In this document: positions 12,901-26,862 of the stretch, piece by piece
Position numbering within the stretch: position 1 is the first letter of the stretch
How the letters are laid out: each line of letters opens with the position of its first letter
Origin: Chrysomallon squamiferum
Lineage: Eukaryota > Animalia > Mollusca
Assembly (NCBI GenBank): GCA_012295275.1
Contig: CM022671.1
Coordinates: 17,298,001-17,362,000, forward strand
Length of the DNA: 64,000 nucleotides
Direction: 5' to 3'
Translations under genes and position numbers: made by a program
Notes under the pieces: model-generated
What the model saw: the letters and a program-made list of their open reading frames with translations, nothing else
The model's database searches: none
Told to the model about the DNA's origin: nothing

Positions 12901-13018
12901 GTGATAGATGCCTGAACTTATTTTATGCCCAACGTTAATTGTTAATAGTTATGCTAAAATTATTCCACTGAACTTAGCTTTTCCATTTTTGACATACCAT
13001 TAAAAAAACAAAAGTAAA

Positions 13019-13164
13019 ATAATAATAACAATAATAATAATAAAGAAGAAGAAGAAGAAGAAGAAGAAGAACAAGAAGAAGAAGAAGAAGAAGAACAAGA
13101 ACAAGAAATAGAAGAAGAAGAAGAAGAAGAAGAAGAAGAAGAAGAAGAAGCAAAAGAAGAAGAA
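13019..13164. repeat. (AAT)n/(GAA)n microsatellite
   Basis: Directly visible. Confidence 0.9.
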
Positions 13165-14515
13165 GTCAAATGGATAAAAGGAAATGGCAACATCGATCAC
13201 TTTTATATGTGAACGTGTTAAGTTTCGAGACAGTTATGTCTTATGTAATCATTCTTGTTATTATTGCATTAGAAACAACAGATCTCTCCCCGCGGACATC
13301 AATTATATTGTTGACAGCTGAAAACGTAGATGTTTTTAATATAACTGTTCCTGATAAATATTTATGAACTATCTCTTATTTATTTATTTTTTTATATTAT
13401 TATTAAGTTTAGGTCACTGTCTTCTTTTGTGTGTACAGGTATCATGGTTGTTGTTGTTGTTGTTGTTGTTGGGTTTTGTTATTCGTCATACTGCTTTTAT
13501 TTATTTATTTTTCTTTTCTTTTGTTCAGTTGCTTGTTGAAGTTGTTCTTTATATTATTTTGTTTTTGTTTTGTTTTTTAATTTCTATCCGCTATACAATA
13601 TTTTTAATTTATTCATTTATTTTATTTCATTACTATTTATATATGTGTATGAATTTAGTTTATTTATTTATTATTTTATATTTTTATTTATTTATTTTTA
13701 TATTTTTTTTAGGATTTTTTTTCTTTTTCTTTTTTCTTTTCTTTGCTTTTCTATCTATTTTTTGTTTATCTTCTATATATATTTTTTTTTTTTTTTATTT
13801 TTTTTTTTGGTTGGAAGTAAATATTTCATATTAGGATCACGTTCCGCACTGATAAAGCTGTGTAACTGCAGATTAGAACTGTCGATCTAATGTCGATTAA
13901 TTTAAACTCATTTACTTAAGACGAGAGGTCAGCTTATCAAAACTCTGTCAGATACGTCAAACAAGTAAACAATCTCACACACACATGCGAGGCAATCTGA
14001 ACCGTCTTTGTTGTTTTTTTTCCGAACCCCACAGCATCAGTATTCACATTCATTTATTTCTGTACATCGACCAGGGTGGAACACAACGAAACAGTACGCA
14101 AATCAAAGACACCAAAACAACAACAAATATTCTCATAATGAAAACGATGTTGTTCACACACCATTCTCGTCCTCTCTGTCTATTAATAATCGGTAATAAG
14201 GAACTGTTCGATGGCAGTAAATCTAGAGAATGGAAAACTGCGTAGTCAGAGAGAATGGAAAACTGAGGAGAGTTTGGTAAATAGCAGTCGGTAGGTAGTG
14301 TTTGAAAATAGAACCAGTTGATGGGAAAGGATCACTGCAGAAAAAAGGTCGATGCTATTAACTAAACTGATGTTGACAGTGTATTGAACGCTGATCTGAA
14401 TGCGTCTTACAAGCCAGAGGACGTCGATGACAATGCAAATAAGAATAGTATGAATTATTATTATCATCATCATCACCATCATCATTATTAGTAGTATGGT
14501 TATTATTACTACTAT

Positions 14516-14562
<47 letters not shown>

Positions 14563-15304
14563 TTAATATGACTAAATGCTCAGATGTATTATTTACAAGA
14601 GTCTTTTGAAAATAAAAATGATCTTTTATGTCTTATCACCACACACACACGCATACACACACAAAATCTGACAATGGTAATATTTTAGTATTTAAATATT
14701 TGCAGAGTTTAAATGAACTCTCAAGAAAAAAGATAACTGTGTTTTCTTTGGCTTCGGAACTGAAGTGAACCGTTCTGAATGAAAAGAAGATTTCTATAAA
14801 AGATCTGAAGACCGGAACAAACCTGTGAGATATGAAAACATAAGATGAGTATATTCTGAAAAAAAATGATAATATAATATTTCCGTATGATCCAACAGAA
14901 AAATACACGACAAGCCAATAGAAGATACAATGTGAGTTGGTTGAAGGGATTCATTAAAGCATGTTCCCAGGATTATTATTGGCTGCCTCTATTGTGTTCA
15001 TGCGAAGAATCGCAGTTAGCTAGCTATTCGATAATAATCAAATATTTCAGAGAATATCAATTATATAATATTCTGATGCAACGATATCAATGGCGGTGAA
15101 AAATAAAAATAATAATAATAATAATTTTTTAAAATTTAAAACAATTAAAAAAATGATGCAATATTGATGTTCTTATACAAATCTATAACGTTTTGAATTC
15201 GTATAAAATAATTCCACGTTTAGATGTAAGCTTAAATACTGTAACTTTTTCGAGTTTGTAGATAATTATTTATTATTTAAACTAGCATTTTTGATTACGT
15301 TGAT

Positions 15305-15680
15305 CAGGTCAGATATAATAATATTAGAACTGTAATTGCTTGACGTCCATTTTGTTGTATGAAAATGTAACAAAACAATATTAATGCGTAACATTGACGT
15401 TTCGGATATAAATATAACTTTATTAATTCTTTATATTTCAGTTTCAGTGTAACGTATTAATTATCTGACAGTTCATTTTCATATATAACAACGCAATAAT
15501 TTTTTATTACGTGACGTTTTAATGTTCAGAAAAAACATTGTAGCAGTTTTATTTTCGTTGTACCTCAGTTCACGTATATAACAATGTAATATCTTTAATT
15601 ACGTGACACTTCACTTTCAGATATAATAATGTAATATTTTTTTCATTATTTCAGTTTCACATCAGTATAACATTATTACA
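15305..15680. repeat. Highly degenerate ~45-bp minisatellite
   Basis: Motif (c/g)atataac/ataatgtaata...attacgtgac recurs near 15310, 15402, 15480, 15573, 15618 and 15663. Confidence 0.45.
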
Positions 15681-16432
15681 GGGTGTTTTATTTTTTATAT
15701 TTATTTATTTATTTATTTATTTTTGTAATTAGTCTGAACTCTTAAAAACAGTAGCGAACTGCATAACACATAGATACACACAAATTCTCACAACTGAACT
15801 TAAACGTGGCGAAGAGGTTATTAATATAAGTCCGCTCATTTTCAATCATCCTGCAATCGAGAAGTTTTGAATCGTGTATTGAAAAGTAAAATCGATACAT
15901 GAAGTTTTCTCCTCCGTGCAGTTTTGTCTTGTATCTGCATTGCATACTAGAAGAGATCACTTTTCTCACTTGGAAGTGACACAGGGGTTTTTGAGGCTTT
16001 GTTTGTCGTGTGGCGTGTTCAGTGAAAATCTGACAACAGAGGTTGAAATGATAGTTGTTAGCCTGACGTCAAAGTGGGACGACAATAAGCAGAAGTTCTT
16101 ACAGAGTAGCAGAATCGATGATGTAATTTTTTTTTTTTTCACTTAAAGAATGTTAGGTTTGATGACAAAACGTTATATGTGTGTGTTTCGTTTTGTTTTT
16201 TGTTGTTTTGTTGTTGTTTTTTTTGTTTGTATTTTTTTTTTTTTTTTGAGGGTGGATGACATTGTATTTTTCATGTGCGTGTGCGTGTGTGTATTTCACA
16301 TAAATATATTCGATGACTGCCCAATAAAACTGTGCGCATGCATTTAAGGAGAAAATACTCATCCGAAATGATTGCACTTTTTGTTTTATATATATATATA
16401 GAACGTGAGAGATAGAGAGACAGAGGATGACA

Positions 16433-16572
16433 GACAACGGAAAAAATGGCACCGGAAAAAATGGCACTGGAAAAAATGGCAGTAGGAAGAAAAACAGAAA
16501 AAAATAAATAAGTTGCCATTTTTTCCAAGTCTGCACAGTGCCATTTTTTTTTTTCCGGTGCCATTTTTTTTC
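16433..16572. mobile_element. Small foldback/MITE-like element with tandem-repeat terminal inverted repeats
   Basis: Three direct copies of GGAAAAAATGGCA(C) at 16439, 16454 and 16469 are mirrored by three inverted copies TGCCATTTTTT(T)CC at about 16514, 16539 and 16559. No clear TSD. Confidence 0.65.
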
Positions 16573-17270
16573 TACAGCTGTGTGTGTATGTGTGCACGTA
16601 GGCCCTTTGTACCAAAATATAGCTTCTGTTTCTTCACTTTTCACGCGATTTCAGTCAATACTTGCTAACTTTATAATTGGGTACACAATTTTACATCAGT
16701 TTGTGACAGTCCAGTCTACGATGAGTTTCGCTGCTGGCAAAAATAGAAGAAGATGAAAACAGAGACACTTGAACGAAATTAATTTGGACAAAGATGACTT
16801 TGTGTTAGATTAGAAACAAATCGTTAGTGCTATTTACAGACCATGGCCGATTTACCTGTTGTGACTCTGAAAACTGTTTAACTGTTCTAGACAAAGACAA
16901 AAGAGATTAGCACTTTATTAAGTAGCAACACGGTTCATAAAAGTTCTGAAGTGTTATATTTTATTTACTTTGCTTAATAGCTTTCTAAAACTGTTTCAGC
17001 GTTCGTACGTCAGCTTTTTATTTCATGACGATTCAGAGATAATATTTGTCATGCTACTGATTCGCGTTATTGTTTCTTGTAAGATTTTGCTGAAAGATAA
17101 ATGAATAATTTTCATCTTAAACGATTTAGAAGAAATAAAATAACCTAATGAAAAGTCTGAAACGATATTTGTATGAAAGAGATAGATAAGTAAATAGAAA
17201 GATAGACAAAGCAGAAAATCAAAGAAACGAAAACAAATACTGCAAGAACGGATATACTGAGAGCTAGATG

Positions 17271-17325
<55 letters not shown>

Positions 17326-18474
17326 AATAAGAATTCAACAATACTTCTCTGCTCTAAATCATCATCATCATTAACATTAACATCATCGTCAGTATCATGA
17401 ACAGACTATGTACATTTTTTTTAAACGCTGTAAATAATCATTAGCATGCTGCTTTGACTAATCGTTTCCCTAAATACCACAGCTAACGTTATTACTGCAA
17501 AAATGTACATCAAGTCGTCTGATGCGCTATTAGCTACTTAAGATTTATACTTTTGTTCACGTGATTGTTACATAGGGCGTATCCTTACATCCTTGTATTA
17601 ATTAAAATCATTTTATGATCCACTGAACTTCTGCATAAAAATAGCAGCGAACATGTTGAGTGTCACGTATCCAGTGAAACAAATGTACTGTGTCTTAGCA
17701 AAATATGTCTATATATAGAAAACAACAACAAAATAAAACAACATATAATTAATTACGTTTTAATTGATGATTGTTATGTGCGATTACCGCCGTCGTCAAA
17801 AGGAATAAGATATTTATTTGTATTTTTGTTTTGACAGTTTCAATACGGGAAAACGTATTATTAACGGAACTAAATTAGAAATAATTCTTCACACTTATTA
17901 AAGAAATCGTGTTATTAAAAGAACCCGAATTAGAACAACCAGTTATATTTAAGTGTCTGGTAAACGAGTCGCCGTATTAGAATATTGTTCAGTCAGGGTT
18001 TTAGCTTTCATCCGGGTATCATCATACACATCCTTTCATAATTCAACGCAATACTGACTCGATAATGCCTTTCCCTAAACCATCACTTGATATGAAATTA
18101 AACAAATGATTCGCAACACAATGTTGGATGCATTCTCCCACCCACGCTAGACTGCCTTGTCACAACAATAACTACTTAGTTTGTTGCATGACATTAAATC
18201 ACTTTGATCCAGTAGATATAACCTCGTCAGGTTCAATTACGGCGGACGTTGGAGAAACAGCGATAGAAAAAATATGGTCAAAATGTGGGTCTATTATCCA
18301 CTGTGCGGAAAAAAGGTTAAGCATCAATTCTTTTTTTTTTTTTTTTTTTTTTTTTACTGACGGTGATATCCCATTAAGCCGATGGATAAGTAGAGTTTAA
18401 TATTTTGTTTATGATGTTGTAACTTTTAGGGTATTAACAGCAGCTATTAGATACATTATCAAAAACGTACGAAA

Positions 18475-18682
18475 CTACGTACAAAGAGTCGAATGCCATT
18501 AAGATGCATTAGTTGTTAGTAGCTTGCAAATGGATGACTGTCAAGGTTAATTGTGGTGGAGGTGTGGTGTTCGCGCGCGCGCGTGTGTATGTGATTTTTT
18601 TTAATCAGTAAGAAATAAAATATGTCTTTTTATAACAAAGGAAAATATAATTATATCTGGTTGTGTACTTGGATCAAATTTA
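18475..18682 (+). repeat. Left arm of a dispersed inverted repeat (partner at 23351-23598)
   Basis: tctggttgtgtacttggatcaaattta matches the reverse complement of taaatttgatccaagtacacaaccaga. ggtggaggtgtggtg and ttaagatgc also match the partner. Confidence 0.8.
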
Positions 18683-20743
18683 CGAGTTTTGTTCTATGAA
18701 TATAGTCTTTTTCGTTCAAATATCCCTTTTTAGTTCATGTAAAATATTATCTATTAGACCTAGTAAAACTTTCAATAGAACTAAGTATATGCAACGATCT
18801 TGTAATTTGTTAAAAAAAAAAAAAAAAAAAGAAAGAAAGAAAGAATAAGTAACAGAAATTATATAATAAAGGTCATAATTTAATGTTATTATATACTCAA
18901 ACAATAGGAATTAAAAAGAGAGTGAAATATAATGAAAGATAAAAAGCATTTGAAGCTAGCTTCAAATAAAAACAAAGCATTTTATTATATTTTCATATGT
19001 ACATTTTTGTCATCATAATAATTATACATGAATTTCTTTGTACTATTATCAGAAATTTGAATCTGTTTAAAATATAAATAAATAATTTCATTAAAAATCT
19101 AAGTAATTAAAAAGGACAAACGTTTCAATTTCACTGACGTAAATGTCAGCCTCCTTCTTCCATCTATAATCAGTGTTTTTCTTGTCTAAAAAGAAACAAA
19201 AATAATAATGTTGTCTTGGAGAAATAGCAGATGAACATGTTTTAACATTTATTTTCAAAATGATCATAATGTAAAAATCGAGATAATTTGTTGAAAAACG
19301 TACTCAAAACGTCTAGAACTTTATAATGGTATCACGATCATTGATTAACGGATCACTAAGAGCAAAATTTCAGATGCTCTCTTGTCCTCGATACATACAT
19401 AGATACATACATACATACATATATAGACAGACAAACAGATAGAAAAAGAAACTAGACAGACAGACAACAGATAGATATACAGACTGACAGAAAAACAGAT
19501 GGACAGACAAACAGACAGACAATAAGAAAGAGAGAGGTAGGTAGACAATTGTATTTTGAATTTTAAAATATTTGTAACTCTTTAGGTGTCTTTTTTATTT
19601 ATTTATTTATTTATTTATTTATTTTTGACGAACTAGTTCTACTTTCCTTTTCAAAAATGTGTCGCTATGTATTTATTTTCGTATTATTAAAATTCGAAAG
19701 CCACTTTGACTCTCTTGCTGGTTCGATGTGTCATCTATTCAGTAGTCACGTTGAGTGATTTGCTGTACAATCCATGTTATCTGTTTATTTCTTTTGTTTG
19801 CCTGTATTATCCTGCTGAGAAATGAGACTGTTTTGCTTTTTGTTTCCTTTATTTATTTTGCTTAATACTTCTCTGATCGAATCACTGCCATTGTTGTTAA
19901 TAACGTTCTTTCTTGCCTTTCTCGTTGTGTTTATTATTATCTCTTTTTTCTTTTTTTTTTTTTTTTTTTTCGGTGTCTTTCATTACTGTTTTGTTAGACT
20001 CATTTTATCCTACCATTCACTGAGACCTAAATGTATTGTTTCAATTCCAGTTTTTATTATTTCTTTCTGTCGTGAAAGTCACCGTAAAGTTTTGGATCGC
20101 CGTTGTAGCGGAGTACTTAATGGCGCTGCAGGAGTTTATCGAATCGTCTTAACGAACTCACTGCGGTCTTATTCTTGATGGTGACTTCCGCAGCAGTTCG
20201 CAATAAAAGTGCAATGCTCAGGTGATTAGCACTAATGAGAAAATAAATACTTGCTTTGACTCAGTAACACATCGACAAACACTTTTCTAACCTGTCATGA
20301 CAGTATGGCTTTCTGTAGTGTGTGACCTTCTTTCTTAAATTTCTTGGACAAATGTTCGACCAAACGAAGGTCTTGTTTATTGAACATTGCTTAATTTTTT
20401 TCAATAAGTTGTTAATATATTTATTTGTTTATTTATTTAGAGCAGATAACGGGATATTTGTGTTCCTGTATTTCCTGAAGTTGATGATGATACAGGGGGA
20501 CTGAAAGAAGCTTGTTGGGGACCGGTGAATCAGTTTCTATGGGGTTCGATGGGCCAGTGCATTTTAGTGCATTTCGGTGCAAAGTTAGATGTTTGTTATT
20601 GTACAGCTAATTACAGCCGTGTCAAAGCATGTTGGATAAACAGCGTACTAAAGATTTTTTGTAGCTTGAACAAAAAATTGTTTATTCATGATTTATACAA
20701 TATTGACAATGATAATGGTGATGATGATGATGTAAAGCCGAGC

Positions 20744-20747
<4 letters not shown>

Positions 20748-20825
<78 letters not shown>
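20748..20825. repeat. (TC)n microsatellite
   Basis: Directly visible. Confidence 0.95.
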
Positions 20826-20829
<4 letters not shown>

Positions 20830-21177
20830 ATATCAGTTTCTCACGATAGCTGTCTTATTATCTCCCTTTATATGAAGAATGTAGAACAACAATCACCTTT
20901 AAGAAGTCACAGGAAAATGAAGACACAACCTTGAAAAACCAATCAGACTAATTGTTGTTTACTAGCAGCCACAACTGCTCTGATATCATCAACATCATTG
21001 CAGTTATCTAAGAAATGGTTCATATGTGCCTAGTCTCCCCTACTTAAAATACACACATACTTATTATACATTTATTTTATATTATTATGTTTCATTATAT
21101 TTACTAAATTTATATTTCTTTTTAAACAAATTTTTATTTTTATTTGTTTATTTAGTTATACGGCTAGATAACTTGTT

Positions 21178-21231
<54 letters not shown>

Positions 21232-21287
21232 GTCTACTTTTAGGGTTTTTTGTTTCACAAGTTCGATCTCGATTATATCTTTAATTC

Positions 21288-21502
21288 CACGGCCCGCCAC
21301 TGAACACTTGGAAACCAGTTATTACGTTAGCTTCGCTGCTTTTTCTTTAAACCTGGCAAAGAATTGAGAGAGTCATATCTGTGTGTGTGTTTATCTGCGT
21401 GCACATATATATATATATATAATAGATTTCATATTTTGACCCTCAACCAAAACGCTGCATAGCTGCCTGACCCCCTTTCTCCGAAAGGTTTGCCGACCCG
21501 TG
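21288..21502. mobile_element. One end of a hAT (Charlie-like) DNA transposon remnant
   Basis: aaaggtttgccgacccgtg (21484-21502) reverse-complements to CACGGGTCGGCAAAC, resembling the hAT-Charlie TIR CAGGGGTCGGCAAAC. It is followed by ttatagat, which resembles a hAT target site. A cggcccgc subterminal-type motif lies near 21290. The partner TIR was not found. Confidence 0.45.
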
Positions 21503-22263
21503 TTATAGATAATGTATAACACAACATTATATATGACAGTTATTACAAATCAGAGAACTGGTCCCAGACGTCTTTTCCCTTGCCAGATATTCTGCTGACC
21601 TCTCTTTCACCCCAGTCACACTAATAACATCCCACCCCCCTGATAATACTGGCAGATATTTTACTGCCTGGGTTCCTTACGATAGCCTCAGTGACAGTGT
21701 TTACTATATAATAATGTCGTGGAGGAATTTCCCAAATACGTTTAGTATAATCAAAGAGAAATAAACTTCAGACGCCTTAATTATTAATGGTGTTTGTGTA
21801 TGTTTAGTGAGACCAAAGATTATACTGGGTGCTTTTAGTTCAGTCTCTGACATATGGACAGAGAAACAGAGAGATGGACAGATAGACAGAAAAAGCATTA
21901 TTTGTTAGAGGTTTATATGAACGTCATTACATTACACATGTACGCGAAGAAGCTATTAAAGTTGTTACTTTATTGTTAGGAAAGATTGGTTTCATTTAGA
22001 AATTTATAAAATGTTATTCAATAATTTTTTCATACCATTGCATCATATATACAAAGGAGCCATTTGTGGGGTTTTTTCCATGAGTTTTTCTTTTCTAATT
22101 CCTTTTTTTAAATAGTATGTGTTGCTGCAGTTGCTGTTTAGTTCATGTGCGGTGGTGAAATCAACTTAATTTAGTAATATGGCTTGGCCTTCTTCTTTTC
22201 TCTTACACAGATACACATAACACACACACACATATATATATACATACGTATTATACGAATATG

Positions 22264-22384
<121 letters not shown>

Positions 22385-22869
22385 CCTGTCTGCGTTTTCA
22401 TTTGTAATAGTCATTCGTTTTAACAATAATTCAAGAAGAGTTTCACTTGATTCTTCATTATCCAACATGCAACAGACGAATAATGTTTTTAATGCCAGTG
22501 TCTCGTGATTCAGAAGAATATAGCTTCCAGTTATTGTTTAACGTTTTAGGCGTGTTCTCATAACTGTAATCTTGTTTCAGTCAGCTTTTAGTCACTTGAT
22601 ACTCTCACAATTTAAATAAGTAGATCAAAATCAGACTAATTTGAACTTCAATCGATAATCTAGACTTTCAGAGTGTTTATGTCACTGTTTAAATCAAGGA
22701 CAGACAAACACACAAACTGATCGGATGGATGGATGGATGGATGGATGGATAGGTGAATATCTGAGAAAAATGGAGAGATGAAAGGATCGAATGATGATTT
22801 TAGACAACAGACTGATTGAGAAATACAGAGAAAGAGATAGACGCAAATAGACAGGTAAATAGGCAGGAA

Positions 22870-22870
22870 C

Positions 22871-22912
<42 letters not shown>

Positions 22913-23155
22913 GTTTTTATAGATAGATAGATAGATGTGTTTAGATAGATAGGTGTATTTAGATAGATAAAAAGTTAGCTATATAGACAAATAAATATAG
23001 ATAAACATGTTTGTATGTCTATATAAGACAGACTGATTGACTGACTCATCGAGTGAGATGGTCATAGACAATGGAAAAAGATTAAAAAGAAAGAATGTAT
23101 ATGTGTATGTATGTATGTGTTTATTTGTATAGGTATACGTATGTGTGTGTGTTCT

Positions 23156-23225
<70 letters not shown>
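22870..23225. repeat. (GATA)n and (TG)n microsatellites
   Basis: Directly visible. Confidence 0.85.
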
Positions 23226-23226
<1 letters not shown>

Positions 23227-23350
23227 CAAACACATTACATTTTTGTTCACTTTCACATTATTCATACTAACAAACTTCTGGCACTGAATCATCATATCCA
23301 TAAAAAAAAAAAAATTTAAATTAAAATTTAAAATGTTTTTAACTACCACA

Positions 23351-23598
23351 TAAATTTGATCCAAGTACACAACCAGAAATTAGTATATGTTCCTTTGTCA
23401 TAAAAGGATATATTTTATTTCCTATTGATTAAAAGAATCATACACACAAACACACACGCACGCACACACATATCCGCACACTCACATACGTAGGAACGCA
23501 CTTGAGCCCGCTCACCACACCTCCACCCAAAATTAATCAATTTTTCAAGTTACTAAAAACAAACGCATCTTAACAGTTTTCTACTTTTTGTATATAGA
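23351..23598 (-). repeat. Right arm of dispersed inverted repeat (partner at 18475-18682)
   Basis: Reverse complement aligns colinearly with 18475-18682, with an expanded CA-rich internal segment. Confidence 0.8.
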
Positions 23599-24542
23599 AT
23601 AGCACATTTTGTCTAACTAAATTTATCATAATTGCATAATACTTGCCCACTGTTGCTTTTTATCTAAATGTTTGTCTGAATTAACACACCTATTCTGTTT
23701 TCTGTTATTTAATTTAATAAACAAGGACATATGTGAATCAGTACTATATTTGGAATTTAAAATCTATCTAGAATGTTATTTTGATATAGGACAAGGTAGG
23801 TTAAAGTTATTATTTTAATGATGTAGGCGTGATCAGATAACAATAACTTTAAAGTAAGTTTAAAGTTACTGAAAATTTATATAAGTGTATCAAAGTCAGA
23901 GTTCCTTCACCTTATAATCTGTCTGTCAGAATATATTTGTCACTGTTTTAATACGGAATAGACAAATAGACTAGACCGATGGAGGAATGAAGCGATCGAA
24001 TAGTGATGGATAGACAGATATATCTATATATGTACATATATATATATATAAAGACAAAAAATAGACAGACAGACAGACAGGTCGGTGCTACTAATTTGCT
24101 GGCGGTCATATTTGTCTACAATGATTTCCTACATTCTTATAATCTTGTATTGTAACAGGTTAATATAATATAACTGCATAATGTTGTGTCAGCTACTCTA
24201 CGTTTTCTCTGTTTAACCTGAATTAATGATCAGGTGGTTATTAGTATACCTCTTCTGATTCCAGCAGAAAATTTAATCATATGACTCAGCACAAGGACAC
24301 ATATAAATCAAAACTATATTTAGAATTTAATAATAAACTTAATTTCATTGAAATATGAGAAATTCTAGATTATGTTATGAGATTACCATTGTTATAAATG
24401 ATTAAAAAAAAGATCCGTAAAAATGATGATTAACTTCTGGGTTTTTTTTAGGTTTTAATTTTTTATAATTCTTTTTTCATATTTATTAATTTTAATTTAT
24501 TTCGCTATTAATAAATTTGGGTTAATGATATATTTACTTATT

Positions 24543-24687
<145 letters not shown>

Positions 24688-24804
24688 AAAGTCACTGCCA
24701 TTTTAAGTCAGGATTGACATTTTGTTTTATCAGTAAATATAGACAATATCAGTAATGTAGAAAAGCAGTACAAATGATATTAATTATATACATACAGGTA
24801 TATA

Positions 24805-24860
<56 letters not shown>

Positions 24861-25283
24861 TATATATATATACACACACACAAACACACACACAGATAGA
24901 TAGATAGATAGATAGAGAGAGAGATACGTACACACATATATAATACCTGCATATATTAATTAATCGTCTACTCTTTTTATAAACATAACAAACAATATGT
25001 AGATATATATATACATTTTCCCCCCTAAAGCCAGTCATGGTTTCTAAATAAGTTAACCAGCCGCATGCTGCTGTGTATTGCTGTGTATCGGATGTATTAC
25101 AGATATACATTGACAAAATTAAAAACGTGCATGCGTGGAGACCTGTTTTCGGTGTTTTATTTGATTATATGCTTGTCATCGATTTCATGTCAAATGTAAA
25201 AGGTTCATAATAACTGATGAGGCAGAAGGGAGAGGAAAAAAAAAACATCGTTTCTACCATTAAACGTTTGATTATAGAAATCA

Positions 25284-25560
25284 GTGAATGAATGATAAAT
25301 AAATGACAGAATATTTAAAAACATTTTTGCTGTTTTAGTACTAAAGGTTAGTGCGGCTTTTTCAGAATGGTGTAATTAGAGAGGAAACCCGACGATACAT
25401 CTGCATGAACTATTTTTGTTGATCAGCAGCAGTAAAGTCTCTTTTATTCGCACCTTTTCCACATACTTGTAAAAATAGGTCATGATGTGGAGACTGAACA
25501 GGAAACAGTCAATAGGAACACAGAAAATGAATTAATTCTATAGATCCATCTTTGATTGAT
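25284..25560 (-). mobile_element. Degenerate MetaSINE-like SINE remnant
   Basis: gtgaatgaatga tail and agagaggaaacccgacg...ctgcatgaactatttt...cagcagcag...cttttattcgcacc, colinear with the 4791-5130 copy. Confidence 0.6.
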
Positions 25561-25717
25561 AACTAAATGTAAATATTCAGCTAGTTTATTTAAAAATCTA
25601 TATTTTCTCTATGTTCTAGTTAAGGTATATCAAGTTTAATTTATACAATGAAATTGTTTTCCAGTGACGTTCAGTTTAATTGATGCCGAAATGTAAAATA
25701 GAAACATCTAGGATCAA

Positions 25718-25735
25718 ACACACACACACACACAG

Positions 25736-25820
<85 letters not shown>
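25718..25820. repeat. (CA)n(GA)n microsatellite
   Basis: Directly visible. Confidence 0.95.
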
Positions 25821-25824
<4 letters not shown>

Positions 25825-26724
25825 AAAGTCACAGTTTAAACGTGCTGTTCATATTATACAGTTTCCCTTTGAATAAATTCGTCTGTTCTGGAGTTCATGA
25901 TTAGCGAATTAGCCTAGTTAGATAAACACAGCTTTTAGACGGAGAAATAACATCGTAACATTAACTCAGCTTTTTTCTTCTTTTTTTCGCAAATCCTAAA
26001 GAAAATAACCACACTGACCTTGGGATGCTGTTTAATCTACGTATTATACATATAAACGACCAAACACGATTTTATCTTTTTCTTCTTTTATCTTTATACG
26101 TGACTTCTCGTTTCTGCTTTTACTCTTCAAAACGAGGTTTAAGTTTCCTCCCGCGTTTTCGTGCCACCAGAACTTTAACTAAATTAACACTTGACAAGAA
26201 CATAATTGTACACGGGTTATTATGGACTCGTAAAAATTTGCAAGATTATTTAGTAGCAGGAAGGTGGCTTGCGGAAAACCTTTCACGTCCATTTTGTTTT
26301 CTGTGTGTTGATACTGCGGATTAACACTGTAGGTTATTGTAGGTCGTAAAGCGTTTGCAACTGGTGTTTTGACTACGTGCAGATCTGCAGAGGTTGAAGG
26401 TTACCCCGTAACACGGTGGCCACGTTTTTATGTTGTTTTTTTTTTATTATCCCTCAAGAGATCCACAGGATCACTGTTTTCAATAACTGTCCAGTGAATG
26501 GAGTTTTAACATCGTTAAATAATGACAGTTTGTAATAAAAACAATTACTAAATCGCTATAAAAACTAATTTGGTTTTTTTTTGTCTATGTATGTATGTGA
26601 ATGTATTGTATGTCTGTATTTATATGTGTGTATGCATGTATGTGTATGTTTATATGTATATATCTATGTATGTATGTACGTTTGTATTATGTAGTTAGGA
26701 TTTTGAATATTCTCTGTCTTATAA

Positions 26725-26862
26725 ACGTCTGATTAGGCTCTTCATTTTTCGGGAACGCAATGGCGCAGGAGGACAAAGTCCAGTCACAACCTCACAAACC
26801 CCGTCAGATGCCGCTGACGAGATTCGAACGCATGGCACCCATTCGTCAGCACTCCAAAGGCT
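26725..26862 (-). mobile_element. GC-rich tRNA-like/SINE fragment with Pol III B-box
   Basis: Minus strand ATGCG-TTCGAAT-CTCGT forms a T-arm-like stem-loop containing GTTCGAATC. There is no complete cloverleaf. Confidence 0.45.

Noticed and set aside
13364-13890. Hydrophobic F/I/L-rich ORFs resembling membrane proteins (also at 29219-29753, 31448-31885 and 46703-47196)
   Set aside because: T-rich low-complexity DNA lacks stop codons by composition; no family motifs or splice support.
14225-14265. 16-bp direct repeat agagaatggaaaactg 25 nt apart
   Set aside because: Ordinary micro-duplication; the 9-nt spacer is too short to be an insertion with a TSD.
26808-26840. CTGACGA-G-att-C-GAA with flanking TGCCG/TGGCA as a possible minimal hammerhead ribozyme
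   Set aside because: It has GAAC rather than GAAA, no stem III and no UH cleavage site.
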